A DNA stretch of 64,000 nt from an uncultured virus (IMG/VR IMGVR_UViG_3300028591_000107). Its lineage: Duplodnaviria > Heunggongvirae > Uroviricota > Caudoviricetes. Below the pieces are notes generated by a model. The model was not told the DNA's origin. It worked only from the letters and a program-made list of their open reading frames with translations, and did not search any database. The stretch is taken from the IMG/VR virus record IMGVR_UViG_3300028591_000107. One strand, given 5' to 3'. The translations under genes and the position numbers were made by a program. Shown piece by piece: positions 19,936 through 29,750 of the stretch (positions within the stretch are counted from its first letter, which is position 1; every line of letters begins with the position of its first letter).

Positions 19936-20172
19936 TTAAAATATTACTTCATCCATATTTTCATCATACCAATAATCAATTTCAAAATTTTTATGATTAT
20001 TGAAAAAATTATTAACTAAATGTCCATAATTATTTTTAGAGAGAAACTCAATAAACTGGGGAGTTAAATTTCCACGTCCACTAAAAATTTTTTCAATATC
20101 AAGTGTAGTCTTAAAAATATATTCTTCTTTAAGCTCTTCAAAATCCCAAATCTTAATTGTAATAATGTTCAT
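19936..20172 (-). CDS. hypothetical protein
   Basis: ORF in gene string. Confidence 0.6.
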   Translation of the reverse strand: MNIITIKIWDFEELKEEYIFKTTLDIEKIFSGRGNLTPQFIEFLSKNNYGHLVNNFFNNHKNFEIDYWYDENMDEVIF

Positions 20173-20179
20173 CTCAATA

Positions 20180-20545
20180 TTATGCTATTTTTACAAATTT
20201 ACCATTTTCATTCTTCTTATACCAATCACTTGCTTCTTTCCAACAATTTTTAGAAAAATCTGGAGTAACATCGGTCCAGTAACTATCACCAATCCTAGCA
20301 TAACAAATTTCAAAGATACGGTTTTTAGTACCAATAAGAGGATAATCATATCCAATTCGTACATGAACACCTGTCTTATTATTTGAATAGAATAGATAAT
20401 TGGAAAACTTAAATGGCTTATCTTCGGCGAGGAAACCACCTTCTCTAACAAACTCATAACCTTCATTAACTAAAATCTCCTTAACCTTCTCAAGATTCAA
20501 TGAAGCAAACTTTCTACGAATTGATTTTGGATAAATTACTGGCAT
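20180..20545 (-). CDS. hypothetical protein
   Basis: First gene after a class I promoter. Confidence 0.7.
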   Translation of the reverse strand: MPVIYPKSIRRKFASLNLEKVKEILVNEGYEFVREGGFLAEDKPFKFSNYLFYSNNKTGVHVRIGYDYPLIGTKNRIFEICYARIGDSYWTDVTPDFSKNCWKEASDWYKKNENGKFVKIA

Positions 20546-20575
20546 AATTTTAAATTTTATTTGTTTTATATATAA

Positions 20576-20603
20576 AATATAGTAATTATTCTAAAAAATT
20601 CAA
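20576..20603 (-). promoter_or_regulatory. class I promoter motif
   Basis: TTGAAT-N16-TATATT, leader ataaaacaaataaaa. Confidence 0.7.
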
Positions 20604-20621
20604 ATAATATATAAATTTTAT

Positions 20622-20825
20622 TTATAGATATAGTTCATTATCTTTTTTTGATAGAAATGTACTTTTATAGAATAATTTCCAATATAAATGTATAAATGTT
20701 GAAATTGTATATTCGTCTGTAGATGAACTTTTAATATCTTCACACTGTAATCCACGATTTGCAGTAATAAGATAAAAATGTTCAGACCAAATAATCCTCC
20801 ATATTGCTTTTAATCTATTCTTCAT
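20622..20825 (-). CDS. hypothetical protein
   Basis: ORF in gene string. Confidence 0.6.
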   Translation of the reverse strand: MKNRLKAIWRIIWSEHFYLITANRGLQCEDIKSSSTDEYTISTFIHLYWKLFYKSTFLSKKDNELYL

Positions 20826-20826
20826 A

Positions 20827-21090
20827 TTATGATTCTACTAAATGTACAAAACTTAAATCTCTCTTCATATAAGGTTTTTTACATTCAACTATGTATTGTT
20901 CAACCATTTTCTTTGTATAATCGTAACGACCTTCACCTTTACACCACGTATTCCAATATTTATATTTCCATTGAGAATCATATATTTCAAAATCATCCAA
21001 TGAATAATCAAACTTCTTATTCATCTGTGCTTTAATTGACTTTGAGTTCAATTCTCTCAATACCTGTGCTTCGTCTTTAATCTTTTTCAT
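20827..21090 (-). CDS. hypothetical protein (start MKKIKDEAQ at 21090)
   Basis: The track extension to 21183 runs through a promoter motif. Confidence 0.65.
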   Translation of the reverse strand: MKKIKDEAQVLRELNSKSIKAQMNKKFDYSLDDFEIYDSQWKYKYWNTWCKGEGRYDYTKKMVEQYIVECKKPYMKRDLSFVHLVES

Positions 21091-21116
21091 ACTATATATA
21101 AATTTTATACATATAA

Positions 21117-21144
21117 AATATAGAAACATTTTTAAAAAATTCAA
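21117..21144 (-). promoter_or_regulatory. class I promoter motif
   Basis: TTGAAT-N16-TATATT. Confidence 0.7.
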
Positions 21145-21180
21145 TATAATATTTAAAAAATTAAAAATATTCATAAAATA

Positions 21181-21272
21181 CACTCAAAATCACTTAAATT
21201 AGTGTTTTATATAGATAATTAAAAAGTGATTTTAAGTGTCACGGTGTGTTCATTTGACATGATGGTGTGTGT
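21181..21272. repeat. intergenic inverted repeat and GT-rich structured tract
   Basis: cactcaaaatcactt ... aagtgattttaagtg (15 bp, 1 mismatch), then tgtca-cggtgtgttcatt-tgaca and ggtgtgt twice. Confidence 0.55.
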
Positions 21273-22061
21273 TTATGTTATATAGTTATTATATTTACTT
21301 TTAACATAGTTTAACATTTTATCATTTTTAATAGGGTGTACAAAACAATATTCAGATAATTCTTTAAAAAATAATTCTTGATATAATGTTGCTTCTTGCC
21401 AATTTATATAACAAGGAATATATTTGTTTATTGTTCCAATTTTATATTTATCTTGTTGATTTAAGAAAAATGAATTAATTAATAATTCATGATGTCCATA
21501 CCATTTTGAATTAGCACAAAAATCTTTTAGTTCTTTAAGTGTTTTATTAGAAATTATATAACAATTCAATAAACCTTCATAAGGTGTCCATTTTTTTGGA
21601 ATGTTATATTCACAATTTAATTGCCAAAACCATTCAGGATTATTTATGCGATTATACATAAACATCATATCATAATTTTCAAATGAAATTATATTAAATG
21701 GATTGATATTGTTTTCAAATAAAAAGTTTGTATATAATAAATCATCTTCGTAAAAAATATAATAATCATACTCTGGGTGTAAATCATAAAAATAAAATAA
21801 TGGTAAATGACAAATACCCATAAATTCTTTAAACATAAAAAAATCTACATTATATTTTTTCTTTAATTCATCAAATTTAAATGAAATTGTATGATTATCT
21901 ATTAAATTATTTTTATCTGTTTCTAATAATGTATATAACTCATATTTTTTATTTGAATTAATATCGTTATTTATACATTCACTTAACTTTGTTTTTATAT
22001 AATTAACTATTTGATTATTATTTTTTTTATCTGTAGTTAAAAAACAAATTCCTATATTCAT
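21273..22061 (-). CDS. glycosyltransferase-like protein
   Basis: YDYYIFYEDD (DxD-like) and late VHPIK, a GT-A-like pattern. Confidence 0.45.
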   Translation of the reverse strand: MNIGICFLTTDKKNNNQIVNYIKTKLSECINNDINSNKKYELYTLLETDKNNLIDNHTISFKFDELKKKYNVDFFMFKEFMGICHLPLFYFYDLHPEYDYYIFYEDDLLYTNFLFENNINPFNIISFENYDMMFMYNRINNPEWFWQLNCEYNIPKKWTPYEGLLNCYIISNKTLKELKDFCANSKWYGHHELLINSFFLNQQDKYKIGTINKYIPCYINWQEATLYQELFFKELSEYCFVHPIKNDKMLNYVKSKYNNYIT

Positions 22062-22064
22062 ATT

Positions 22065-23270
22065 TTAATCTAAATATTTCTTAACGTATTCTAAATCTAC
22101 CACCAGTTTTTTGATTTTTGATGATGGTGTTTCAAACATTGCTTTATTCATAACATTTTCCATACATCCACGCAAACCTCTTGCACCTATTTTATTTTCA
22201 ATAGTTTTTTCAACAATATATTCTAATGCATCATCAGTAAATGATAACTTAACACCATCCAATTCAAATATTTTCTTATATTGTTTTACAAGTGAATTCT
22301 TTGGTTCTTTCAAAATTCTCAATAGAGCTTCTTTATCCAATTCATCTGTATAAGTAATAACAGGTAAACGCCCTATAATTTCTGGAATTAATCCAAATGA
22401 CTTCAAATCCAATGGAGATATTTTTGACATGTAATCTTCATCTTTTTTCTTTGGATCAATATTTGCATTAAATCCCATTACTTGTTTATTACATCTTGAT
22501 TTGATTTTCTTTTCCAAACCAACAAATGCACCACCACATATAAATAATATATTCTTAGTATTTATCTTCACTAACGGGATATCCGGGTGTTTACGACCTC
22601 CTTTTGGTGGTATACCTACAACAGATCCTTCCAAAAGTTTAAGCAATCCTTGTTGTACACCCTCACCAGATACATCTCGTGTTATAGAAGGATTATCACC
22701 TTTTCTTGCAATTTTATCTATTTCATCTATAAACACTATTCCACGTTCTGTCTTTTCTACATCATAATCAGCAGCTTGATATAAATTTACCAATACTGAC
22801 TCAACATCATCACCAACATACCCAGCTTCAGTAAGTGTGGTTGCATCAGCTATAGAAAAAGGAACATTAAGGAGTTTAGCAACAGTCTTTGCAATAAGGG
22901 TTTTACCAGTACCCGTACTACCACACATAAGTATATTCGATTTCTCTATTTCAACATCATCAGTTACATTACAATTAATACGTTTGTAATGATTATATAC
23001 AGCAACAGCAACCCTTTCCTTAACACGATCTTGTCCCATAACATATTGATCAAGAAACTTTTTTATCTCCTTAGGTTTAGGTATGTCTTTTAATATATTT
23101 TTGTTTATTGTATTTTTTGATTCTTGAATAACCTTATGTGCCAATTCTATACATTCAGGACATGCAATAACATTATTACCAATTATCATTACATCCTTTC
23201 CATTTTCTAAAATTTTACCACAAAATGAGCATGTTGGAAATTGTTCTTTAATATTTTTATTATCTGGCAT
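22065..23270 (-). CDS. clpX: ATP-dependent Clp protease ATP-binding subunit ClpX
   Basis: CSFCG...CPEC zinc-binding domain, GSTGTGKT, TEAGYVG, FIDEIDK, RDVSGEGVQQ, GGRKHP, GARGLR. Confidence 0.97.
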   Translation of the reverse strand: MPDNKNIKEQFPTCSFCGKILENGKDVMIIGNNVIACPECIELAHKVIQESKNTINKNILKDIPKPKEIKKFLDQYVMGQDRVKERVAVAVYNHYKRINCNVTDDVEIEKSNILMCGSTGTGKTLIAKTVAKLLNVPFSIADATTLTEAGYVGDDVESVLVNLYQAADYDVEKTERGIVFIDEIDKIARKGDNPSITRDVSGEGVQQGLLKLLEGSVVGIPPKGGRKHPDIPLVKINTKNILFICGGAFVGLEKKIKSRCNKQVMGFNANIDPKKKDEDYMSKISPLDLKSFGLIPEIIGRLPVITYTDELDKEALLRILKEPKNSLVKQYKKIFELDGVKLSFTDDALEYIVEKTIENKIGARGLRGCMENVMNKAMFETPSSKIKKLVVDLEYVKKYLD

Positions 23271-23303
23271 AATTTATTTTTAATTAAATTGTTTATATAA
23301 AAT

Positions 23304-23534
23304 ATGGAATTTGTTAAAAAATATACATACGAAAACCTTTGTAAAAAAATTATAGGGAAAAAAGTTAGATTTAAATCTGATTGTGAATTGTTCCTTAATT
23401 TTGATGTTACAGGTAATGTATTGGAAATTAACATAAAAAATTCCGAATATATAATTAAAATCAAAACAAATTCAGGAAAACTATTAGATATAGGTTCTAA
23501 CATGAAAAACCTTGAATTTAATATATTAGTTTAA
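23304..23534 (+). CDS. hypothetical protein
   Basis: Lone plus-strand ORF filling the gap; stop overlaps the convergent gene's stop. Confidence 0.6.
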   Translation: MEFVKKYTYENLCKKIIGKKVRFKSDCELFLNFDVTGNVLEINIKNSEYIIKIKTNSGKLLDIGSNMKNLEFNILV

Positions 23535-24094
23535 CGATATATATTAGTTGTTATTTTAAAAATATTTTCGATATTAATTTCATCTAGTTTATCTTTTATT
23601 TTATATTCATTTTCTTTAAGATGTTTTAATAATTTTATTTTATATTCATTATCTCTAATTTCCTTTATTGCGTCTTGTATATCATCATTTTTAATTTTAA
23701 ATTCATCAATTATTTTAAAATATTTTTCAAAATAATCAGGACTTAAAGATATTCCGGTTGGTTTACAATAACAACTTGCAAAATCTTTACAATATATTAA
23801 ATATTGCCAAGTATTATTAACATAAAATTGATGAAAATAAAATGTATTATAAGATCCTTTACATATTTTTATTGGTTTAAAATATATATCCATAAATATT
23901 AAACTTTCTTCATTATTGAAAGAATTTTTATTGAAAGTATTCTTATTTAATGTACATAAACCATAATTTTGTTGAAACAATTTTAATCTTGAATATTCTA
24001 ATGATAAAGAACGAGAAAATCCCCCTAACACAATATTTTCTTCATCAGGGGTTAATTTACATATATTTAATTTTGAAAAATCTTGATCATTCAT
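23531..24094 (-). CDS. hypothetical protein
   Basis: 187-aa ORF. Confidence 0.65.
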   Translation of the reverse strand: MNDQDFSKLNICKLTPDEENIVLGGFSRSLSLEYSRLKLFQQNYGLCTLNKNTFNKNSFNNEESLIFMDIYFKPIKICKGSYNTFYFHQFYVNNTWQYLIYCKDFASCYCKPTGISLSPDYFEKYFKIIDEFKIKNDDIQDAIKEIRDNEYKIKLLKHLKENEYKIKDKLDEINIENIFKITTNIYR

Positions 24095-24116
24095 AACTAA
24101 AATTTATTTTAAAGTA

Positions 24117-24491
24117 TTAATTTAAACGTTCCCAATATTCATAATTATTTTCATATTTAGGAGCATTAAACGTAATTAACAAATTATATCCAAATATTCT
24201 TATAAATATAAATGGAATAGATTCTAATTGTCTAATTCTATATGTATATTTATATTGTACATCATCAATTATTATAATTAACCATTTCTTTGGAAAATTC
24301 CATACTGTAGGATGATCCCACCAATACCATGTATAAAAATTTTCTACAATCCATTTAAATGATTCACTTCTAAATAAAACTTTTATTTTGGGTATTTGTG
24401 AAATATTTCTATTTTTCCACCAAGTTTTTAATGGCCTAAATATATTTAATGTATTTATATAAAATGGACAATATTTTTTGATTATGTTCAT
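24117..24491 (-). CDS. hypothetical protein
   Basis: 124-aa Trp-rich ORF. Confidence 0.6.
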   Translation of the reverse strand: MNIIKKYCPFYINTLNIFRPLKTWWKNRNISQIPKIKVLFRSESFKWIVENFYTWYWWDHPTVWNFPKKWLIIIIDDVQYKYTYRIRQLESIPFIFIRIFGYNLLITFNAPKYENNYEYWERLN

Positions 24492-24515
24492 TTGATTTTT
24501 TCAATATCGAAAATT

Positions 24516-24860
24516 TTATCGATTTGGATTAACCTTAATATTATTTAGTTTTTCTTCTGATGTGTTATCATTTAATTCATCATTTAATGCGTTATCATTT
24601 AATTCATCATTTAATGCGTTATCATTTAATTCATCATTTAATGTGTTATCATTTAATTCATCATTTAATATTACAAAAATAGTATTAAATTGTTTTTCAC
24701 TAAAGCATTTCCATATATTATATCTATCGTCATATACCCAATAATTAAACAAATTAGTAACATTATACATACGTATTGCCTTATAAGTTTTTCCTCTATA
24801 AAACACATTATATCCATGGGCATCTTTAATTATGCAATTATATATCTTATCGTATTCCAT
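24516..24860 (-). CDS. hypothetical protein with LNDELNDN[AT] x4 repeat
   Basis: ORF directly after the topoisomerase gene. Confidence 0.65.
   Translation of the reverse strand: MEYDKIYNCIIKDAHGYNVFYRGKTYKAIRMYNVTNLFNYWVYDDRYNIWKCFSEKQFNTIFVILNDELNDNTLNDELNDNALNDELNDNALNDELNDNTSEEKLNNIKVNPNR
24561..24669. repeat. 27-bp coding tandem repeat x4
   Basis: unit gttatcatttaattcatcatttaatg[c/t]. Confidence 0.95.
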
Positions 24861-24861
24861 A

Positions 24862-26244
24862 TTATTTAAAATCTTTTTCTATTTCTTTTTTTAGGTTATT
24901 TAAATCGTTTAAATACATTTGTTTTTCGGTAGTATTTCGAATATATTCAAGTTCTTTTTTCATTGCTTCATTTTGTTTAAGTAACTCATCTCTCTCTTCA
25001 ATAGTACATTTTGACATAGGTGTAGATATTAACTCCATAGGTAATTTATAACCATCCATATCTACTTTAATATCTGCTTTAGCTCTATTGCGTATTTTAA
25101 GCTTACCTTTACAAACTAATTCAATAAACTTAACTAACTCATCATTCTTTTTAATTCTTTCTTCAAGAATCTTAACTAACTTTTTCTTTCTGGATGTATA
25201 AATTCCTAAACGATAATTTACAAAATATTCAACTACTTCATTTCTATTTTGGAAATATTTTAATTTATGATTTTCATCAAGTAACCAAAATAAATCAGTA
25301 GGCAATTGTTTTATAAGTTTAAATTTATTTGCAATACGATGACCTGAGCGATCTTTCTTTATTTCAATTGCAAGTTGTTTCTTTGGAAAAGTAATTTCAT
25401 AATTTACATTACCATCAACAGACTTATTCTTCCAATCTTTAATATATTCTTCTCCTTTAAACTTAATCAACAATTTTTCAAAATCTTCATATGATACATC
25501 AGCTGGTAAATCAGTAACAATCATCAAATCTTTTGTTTGATTGAATTTCCATTCTCCATAATTATACCAACCACCTTCTTCATATCTCCAATTTTCATTT
25601 TTAATACCTCTAAGATAAGGTCTTATAATTGTCTTTATTTTGTCTTTCTTATCAGCTCTTGCATTAAGTACTTCTTTACATGCATCTATGACATCAATTG
25701 GGTTATATGCTTGACTATGCATTGAATATCCAACTGCTACACCAATATTGTTCTTACAAAGAATAGTTGGTATGATTGGAAGATAATTCATTGGTTCTAC
25801 AAACTGACCTTCTTCAAACACAAAATCTAATAAGTCATAATCAATCTTGTAAATCAAATCCATGTATTTTGAATGCTTAATATAAAGATAACGTGGAGCA
25901 CCAGCCGAATCAGGATCTCGTAATGAACCTACTTGAGAGTCAGCTTCTAATGGATTGAAGTTATCGTTAAATGATTTACACATATTAACTATAGTCCCTG
26001 ATAAACTTATATCGCCATGGGCATATAAGGACACTCTCATAGTATCACCAGACAAAGCTAATAGTTTATATAGTTTACCATCTTTTGTTGTTCCTGCTAA
26101 ACTTGCATGCATTATTTTACGTGCACCAGGTTTAAATCCATCAATAACTGAAGGAATTGCACGCTCCTCAAGAACACTGAATGCATAATTTAAATATTCA
26201 GTGTTCAAAAAATTAGTTATAGTTCGTTTCTGTATTTTTTCCAT
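24862..26244 (-). CDS. type IIA topoisomerase breakage-reunion subunit (T4 gp52/GyrA-like)
   Basis: ERAIPSVIDGFKPGARKI, YAHGD, GAPRY (catalytic Tyr), YLPIIP, GVAVGY. Confidence 0.93.
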   Translation of the reverse strand: MEKIQKRTITNFLNTEYLNYAFSVLEERAIPSVIDGFKPGARKIMHASLAGTTKDGKLYKLLALSGDTMRVSLYAHGDISLSGTIVNMCKSFNDNFNPLEADSQVGSLRDPDSAGAPRYLYIKHSKYMDLIYKIDYDLLDFVFEEGQFVEPMNYLPIIPTILCKNNIGVAVGYSMHSQAYNPIDVIDACKEVLNARADKKDKIKTIIRPYLRGIKNENWRYEEGGWYNYGEWKFNQTKDLMIVTDLPADVSYEDFEKLLIKFKGEEYIKDWKNKSVDGNVNYEITFPKKQLAIEIKKDRSGHRIANKFKLIKQLPTDLFWLLDENHKLKYFQNRNEVVEYFVNYRLGIYTSRKKKLVKILEERIKKNDELVKFIELVCKGKLKIRNRAKADIKVDMDGYKLPMELISTPMSKCTIEERDELLKQNEAMKKELEYIRNTTEKQMYLNDLNNLKKEIEKDFK

Positions 26245-26330
26245 ATAAAATAAATATAGTAAAATTTAATATAAAATTAAAAGCTGTACCATAAAGCACA
26301 GCTATACTATATTATGATTTTGTTTCTAAA

Positions 26331-26594
26331 TTATTTATTTAACTGATTAACATAAGTTAAACATACTTGTTCAATTAGTTTATAAAGTTCATTATCATCT
26401 ATATGCTTAGGAATGTTGTTTCTAAATACTGCTATTAAATCACTATCTGAACAAATAGGTCCATGTTCATCAAAATTTACTTCATTATGACGAAAATCAT
26501 ATTCCAAACCACTTTCATCAATATCAGGAATTAATTTTTCTGCTATTTCACAAAAATTAATCATCATTTTAACTTCATTCATAATTCTTTCCAA
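26331..26594 (-). CDS. hypothetical protein
   Basis: ORF in gene string. Confidence 0.6.
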   Translation of the reverse strand: MERIMNEVKMMINFCEIAEKLIPDIDESGLEYDFRHNEVNFDEHGPICSDSDLIAVFRNNIPKHIDDNELYKLIEQVCLTYVNQLNK

Positions 26595-27043
26595 TTTTCA
26601 TAATCCCACTTAAAAGTATCTGTACACACTATATTATGCTTAAGTATTTCTATGCATTTTGATTTTGCTAACTTAAATTGTTCTTCTGTTAAATTTCGTT
26701 TATCACAAAATTCTTTAAATAATAAATAAAGTCTATTTCTACATTCATTTGTATTATCTTCCATTAATTCAGTTCCCCAAATGGATTTAAGTGCAATTAA
26801 TGAATCATTAACAGAATTACACCATTTAAGTTTACGCTCATATATATTAACTAAAAAATTTCCATTACCACATGTTGAATCAAGAAATGTCTTAGTTATA
26901 TCTTTCCAATCTTCTTCGGGAATTTTATCTAACATTTCATCACACAAAAACTTTGGAGTAAAAAATTCTTGTGTACCAGAAATTTCAAGATTAGAATTAT
27001 GTTTACGTCGTTCTTTGCGTTTATCAGATATATCTTTAATCAT
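26579..27043 (-). CDS. N6-adenine DNA methyltransferase, SAM-binding half only
   Basis: QEFFTP (motif X), FLDSTCGNGNFL (motif I), IWGTEL (II), NIVCTDTF (III); no NPPY. Confidence 0.8.
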   Translation of the reverse strand: MIKDISDKRKERRKHNSNLEISGTQEFFTPKFLCDEMLDKIPEEDWKDITKTFLDSTCGNGNFLVNIYERKLKWCNSVNDSLIALKSIWGTELMEDNTNECRNRLYLLFKEFCDKRNLTEEQFKLAKSKCIEILKHNIVCTDTFKWDYENWKEL

Positions 27044-27636
27044 AAATATGGTAAAATATATTTTTCCAACAATTTACCAATAATATCAATAATTATTTTT
27101 GTACTTCCTGCTAATACAATTGAATAAATAAATGATTTCAAAGAAATATTAAAAATTGTATTCTTTTGAATTTTATATTCTAAATTATGTTTATGTATTT
27201 CATCTAAACATTCATCGACATATTTTTTAGTAAATTCAATTGGTAAAGGCAATTTAGTTAAAATATCTTTTGATAATTTCGCATTTTTTGATATAAAATT
27301 ATTAATATAATCATGTATTTCTAATGAATCTATATATCTATCAAATTCTTTAATATCACCCCTAATAACAAAATAGTCTTTATTAATTAATTTTGGTTCA
27401 ATATTTTTAATAAATTCTTTAACCGAAATTGTATGTTCTCTGAAGGAATTTTCTGAATATGGATCATAAGGATTGTGATAAATATATGTAATTAATTGTT
27501 TTTGTTCATTAAAATTATATATTACATATGTATATAATAATCCAAATTGGTCAAAACCATAAAAACATTGTTTAACCATATCACATTTAAATAGTGATAC
27601 ATCATTTTTATTATATGTATTAAATATTAATTTCAT
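27040..27636 (-). CDS. hypothetical protein with C-terminal hydrophobic segment
   Basis: 198-aa ORF between the methyltransferase halves. Confidence 0.65.
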   Translation of the reverse strand: MKLIFNTYNKNDVSLFKCDMVKQCFYGFDQFGLLYTYVIYNFNEQKQLITYIYHNPYDPYSENSFREHTISVKEFIKNIEPKLINKDYFVIRGDIKEFDRYIDSLEIHDYINNFISKNAKLSKDILTKLPLPIEFTKKYVDECLDEIHKHNLEYKIQKNTIFNISLKSFIYSIVLAGSTKIIIDIIGKLLEKYILPYL

Positions 27637-27638
27637 AA

Positions 27639-28946
27639 TTAATTTCTCTTCTTTTTATTTTCAAATTCTTTATCTCGTTCTTCTACATAGTTCTTAACAT
27701 ATTCAGCATATTCCTTTGCCTTATCTTTAGGACATCCACATATTTCAAGAAGTCCTTCATCAGTTAAACAACGCTCATCTTCCCAATTAATATTTGGAAT
27801 ATATTTATAAACTCGTCCTTTCATATTTTGATCTATTTGTGTCATAAAACATGTAAATCTAAGTAATGGACGTTGCATTGCATTTTTACAATTTTGTGCA
27901 GATAATAAATTATTAAAATATAAAAGAGTAGAAACACCACCACCTCGTTTAATTAAATTATCTATAACATTTTTTGTTCCTTCACATATAATATTTGTTT
28001 TATCAGTAAAATATGTCCCTGACATTTTTCCATTTGCGGCATTACAAACAATATATGCAGGATTATTTGATTTAATTAAATTTTTAAATCGTGTTTGTTT
28101 AGGTAATTTTATATTTATTTGATAATTATAATTATCATATAAATTATTTTTATTAGATCCCATATAAAGCCAATTCATATGTTCTTTGTCTGCTTCTAAA
28201 TATGATAATATTTCTGTAGTAATTGGATTATAATAATTATCCAATAATGATTTTATATTAACATTATCATTATTAATATATTTAATTTTTATAAAATCAT
28301 CAGTTTGCTTATTTTTATTAAACTCATATACCGCCACATTTGGCATACCAGTACCAACAAATATTGCACTATCATATTCTTGTACTTTTGTTAATGTATT
28401 ATTAAACAGTTTTTTGTATTTTTCTAGTTTTTCACTATTATTTTGTATAAATTTAATTGGCATTACAATTATCATTTTTTTAGTAAAATTATTTAAACAA
28501 TAATTTACGCATTCTAAATGTAAATTTTTTTTCAATCCTTTTGTAACACCATCATCATAAGGAGGATTGCCAACTATATAATCAAATTTCATATTTTTCA
28601 ATAAAGATAATTTTTCAAGATAATCTTTAGGTTCTTTAGTTTCCATGAATTTCCAATTAACTTTAATACCTAAAGATCCAATATAATTAAATAAATTAAT
28701 ATAGTATTCTTTCTCTTCAGATTCTCCTATTATATAAATATTAGTTTTTTCTTTGCATCTTTTCAATAACCACATATAATGATATCTATCGTTTTTATTC
28801 ATAGACATCATATTAATTCGCTCATCATTGAAAAAACCAAAAAAGTTAATCGTATTGCCAATAATTAGAAGATTTTTAATCTTTGTATCTTCAAAATTAA
28901 AATTGACATTATGATTAACTCGAAGTTTAATATCTGAAATTTCCAT
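27639..28946 (-). CDS. N6-adenine methyltransferase catalytic half plus probable target-recognition domain (Eco57I-like)
   Basis: MKFDYIVGNPPY (motif IV), IVMP; no recognisable motif I. Confidence 0.8.
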   Translation of the reverse strand: MEISDIKLRVNHNVNFNFEDTKIKNLLIIGNTINFFGFFNDERINMMSMNKNDRYHYMWLLKRCKEKTNIYIIGESEEKEYYINLFNYIGSLGIKVNWKFMETKEPKDYLEKLSLLKNMKFDYIVGNPPYDDGVTKGLKKNLHLECVNYCLNNFTKKMIIVMPIKFIQNNSEKLEKYKKLFNNTLTKVQEYDSAIFVGTGMPNVAVYEFNKNKQTDDFIKIKYINNDNVNIKSLLDNYYNPITTEILSYLEADKEHMNWLYMGSNKNNLYDNYNYQINIKLPKQTRFKNLIKSNNPAYIVCNAANGKMSGTYFTDKTNIICEGTKNVIDNLIKRGGGVSTLLYFNNLLSAQNCKNAMQRPLLRFTCFMTQIDQNMKGRVYKYIPNINWEDERCLTDEGLLEICGCPKDKAKEYAEYVKNYVEERDKEFENKKKRN

Positions 28947-28966
28947 ATTATATTAATTATGTATAT

Positions 28967-28995
28967 AATATAGTAATATTTTAAATATTATTCAA
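28967..28995 (-). promoter_or_regulatory. class I promoter motif
   Basis: TTGAAT-N17-TATATT overlapping the end of the nuclease gene. Confidence 0.65.
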
Positions 28996-29724
28996 TTTTT
29001 CAATAAGAATATTCCAAAACTCCGGAAATTTACCATTAATATTATCATTCAATTCTTTCTTACCAATAAAGATAATATGATTCCAAAGAAGAGACTGTCT
29101 TAATGCTTTAGATACATTTTTATCATCATTTAACCAACATACAAATATATTTCCATTTTCATTCTTATTAATAAAATCATTTAAATCTGCATCAGTAAAA
29201 ACCTTTGACAGTATAGCATAAGTCATTTCAAAATCTTTATTGAATGGATTCCAAAATTTAACCTGTAGAGCACATTCATATGACTTATTTTCAGTAGAAT
29301 TTGATACAACTCCAGTTAAATCAACTCCATAGTCCTCTTCATCATCAAGACGAGGACATACATAATCAAATCTATATAATTTATTATTTATAACTAAAGT
29401 GTTCTGTTCTTTAAATAATGTTACAAAGAAATATTCACCAATACAACCAATAAAGAATTTCTGTAAAGCATCAACTTCATTATCATTAAGATCTTCAATA
29501 TTCTGACACCACTTTACATAATCAATTTTAATCTTATTTATAAACTTCCAAAAGTCATCGATATTTGAAAACGTTGTTTCTTTAAAAGGTTTAACTTCTT
29601 TAAGAAACTTCATAACATTAATAGTTAACCAAGACTCATCGTTATAAAGTCCATTCCATGTCATTCTTTTAATCCAAGTATTTTCAATATTTGATTGAAA
29701 CTTTATAAATCTATCTTTATTCAT
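28981..29724 (-). CDS. PD-(D/E)XK (Mrr-like QxK variant) endonuclease
   Basis: GCIGEYF...DYGVDLTG...ALQVKFW. Confidence 0.7.
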   Translation of the reverse strand: MNKDRFIKFQSNIENTWIKRMTWNGLYNDESWLTINVMKFLKEVKPFKETTFSNIDDFWKFINKIKIDYVKWCQNIEDLNDNEVDALQKFFIGCIGEYFFVTLFKEQNTLVINNKLYRFDYVCPRLDDEEDYGVDLTGVVSNSTENKSYECALQVKFWNPFNKDFEMTYAILSKVFTDADLNDFINKNENGNIFVCWLNDDKNVSKALRQSLLWNHIIFIGKKELNDNINGKFPEFWNILIEKLNNI

Positions 29725-29750
29725 ATTATTAATATAGTAATTTTTAAATA

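Noticed and set aside
21091..21183. N-terminal extension of ORF 20827..21183
   Set aside because: Low-complexity AT sequence containing the class I promoter; the real start is probably 21090
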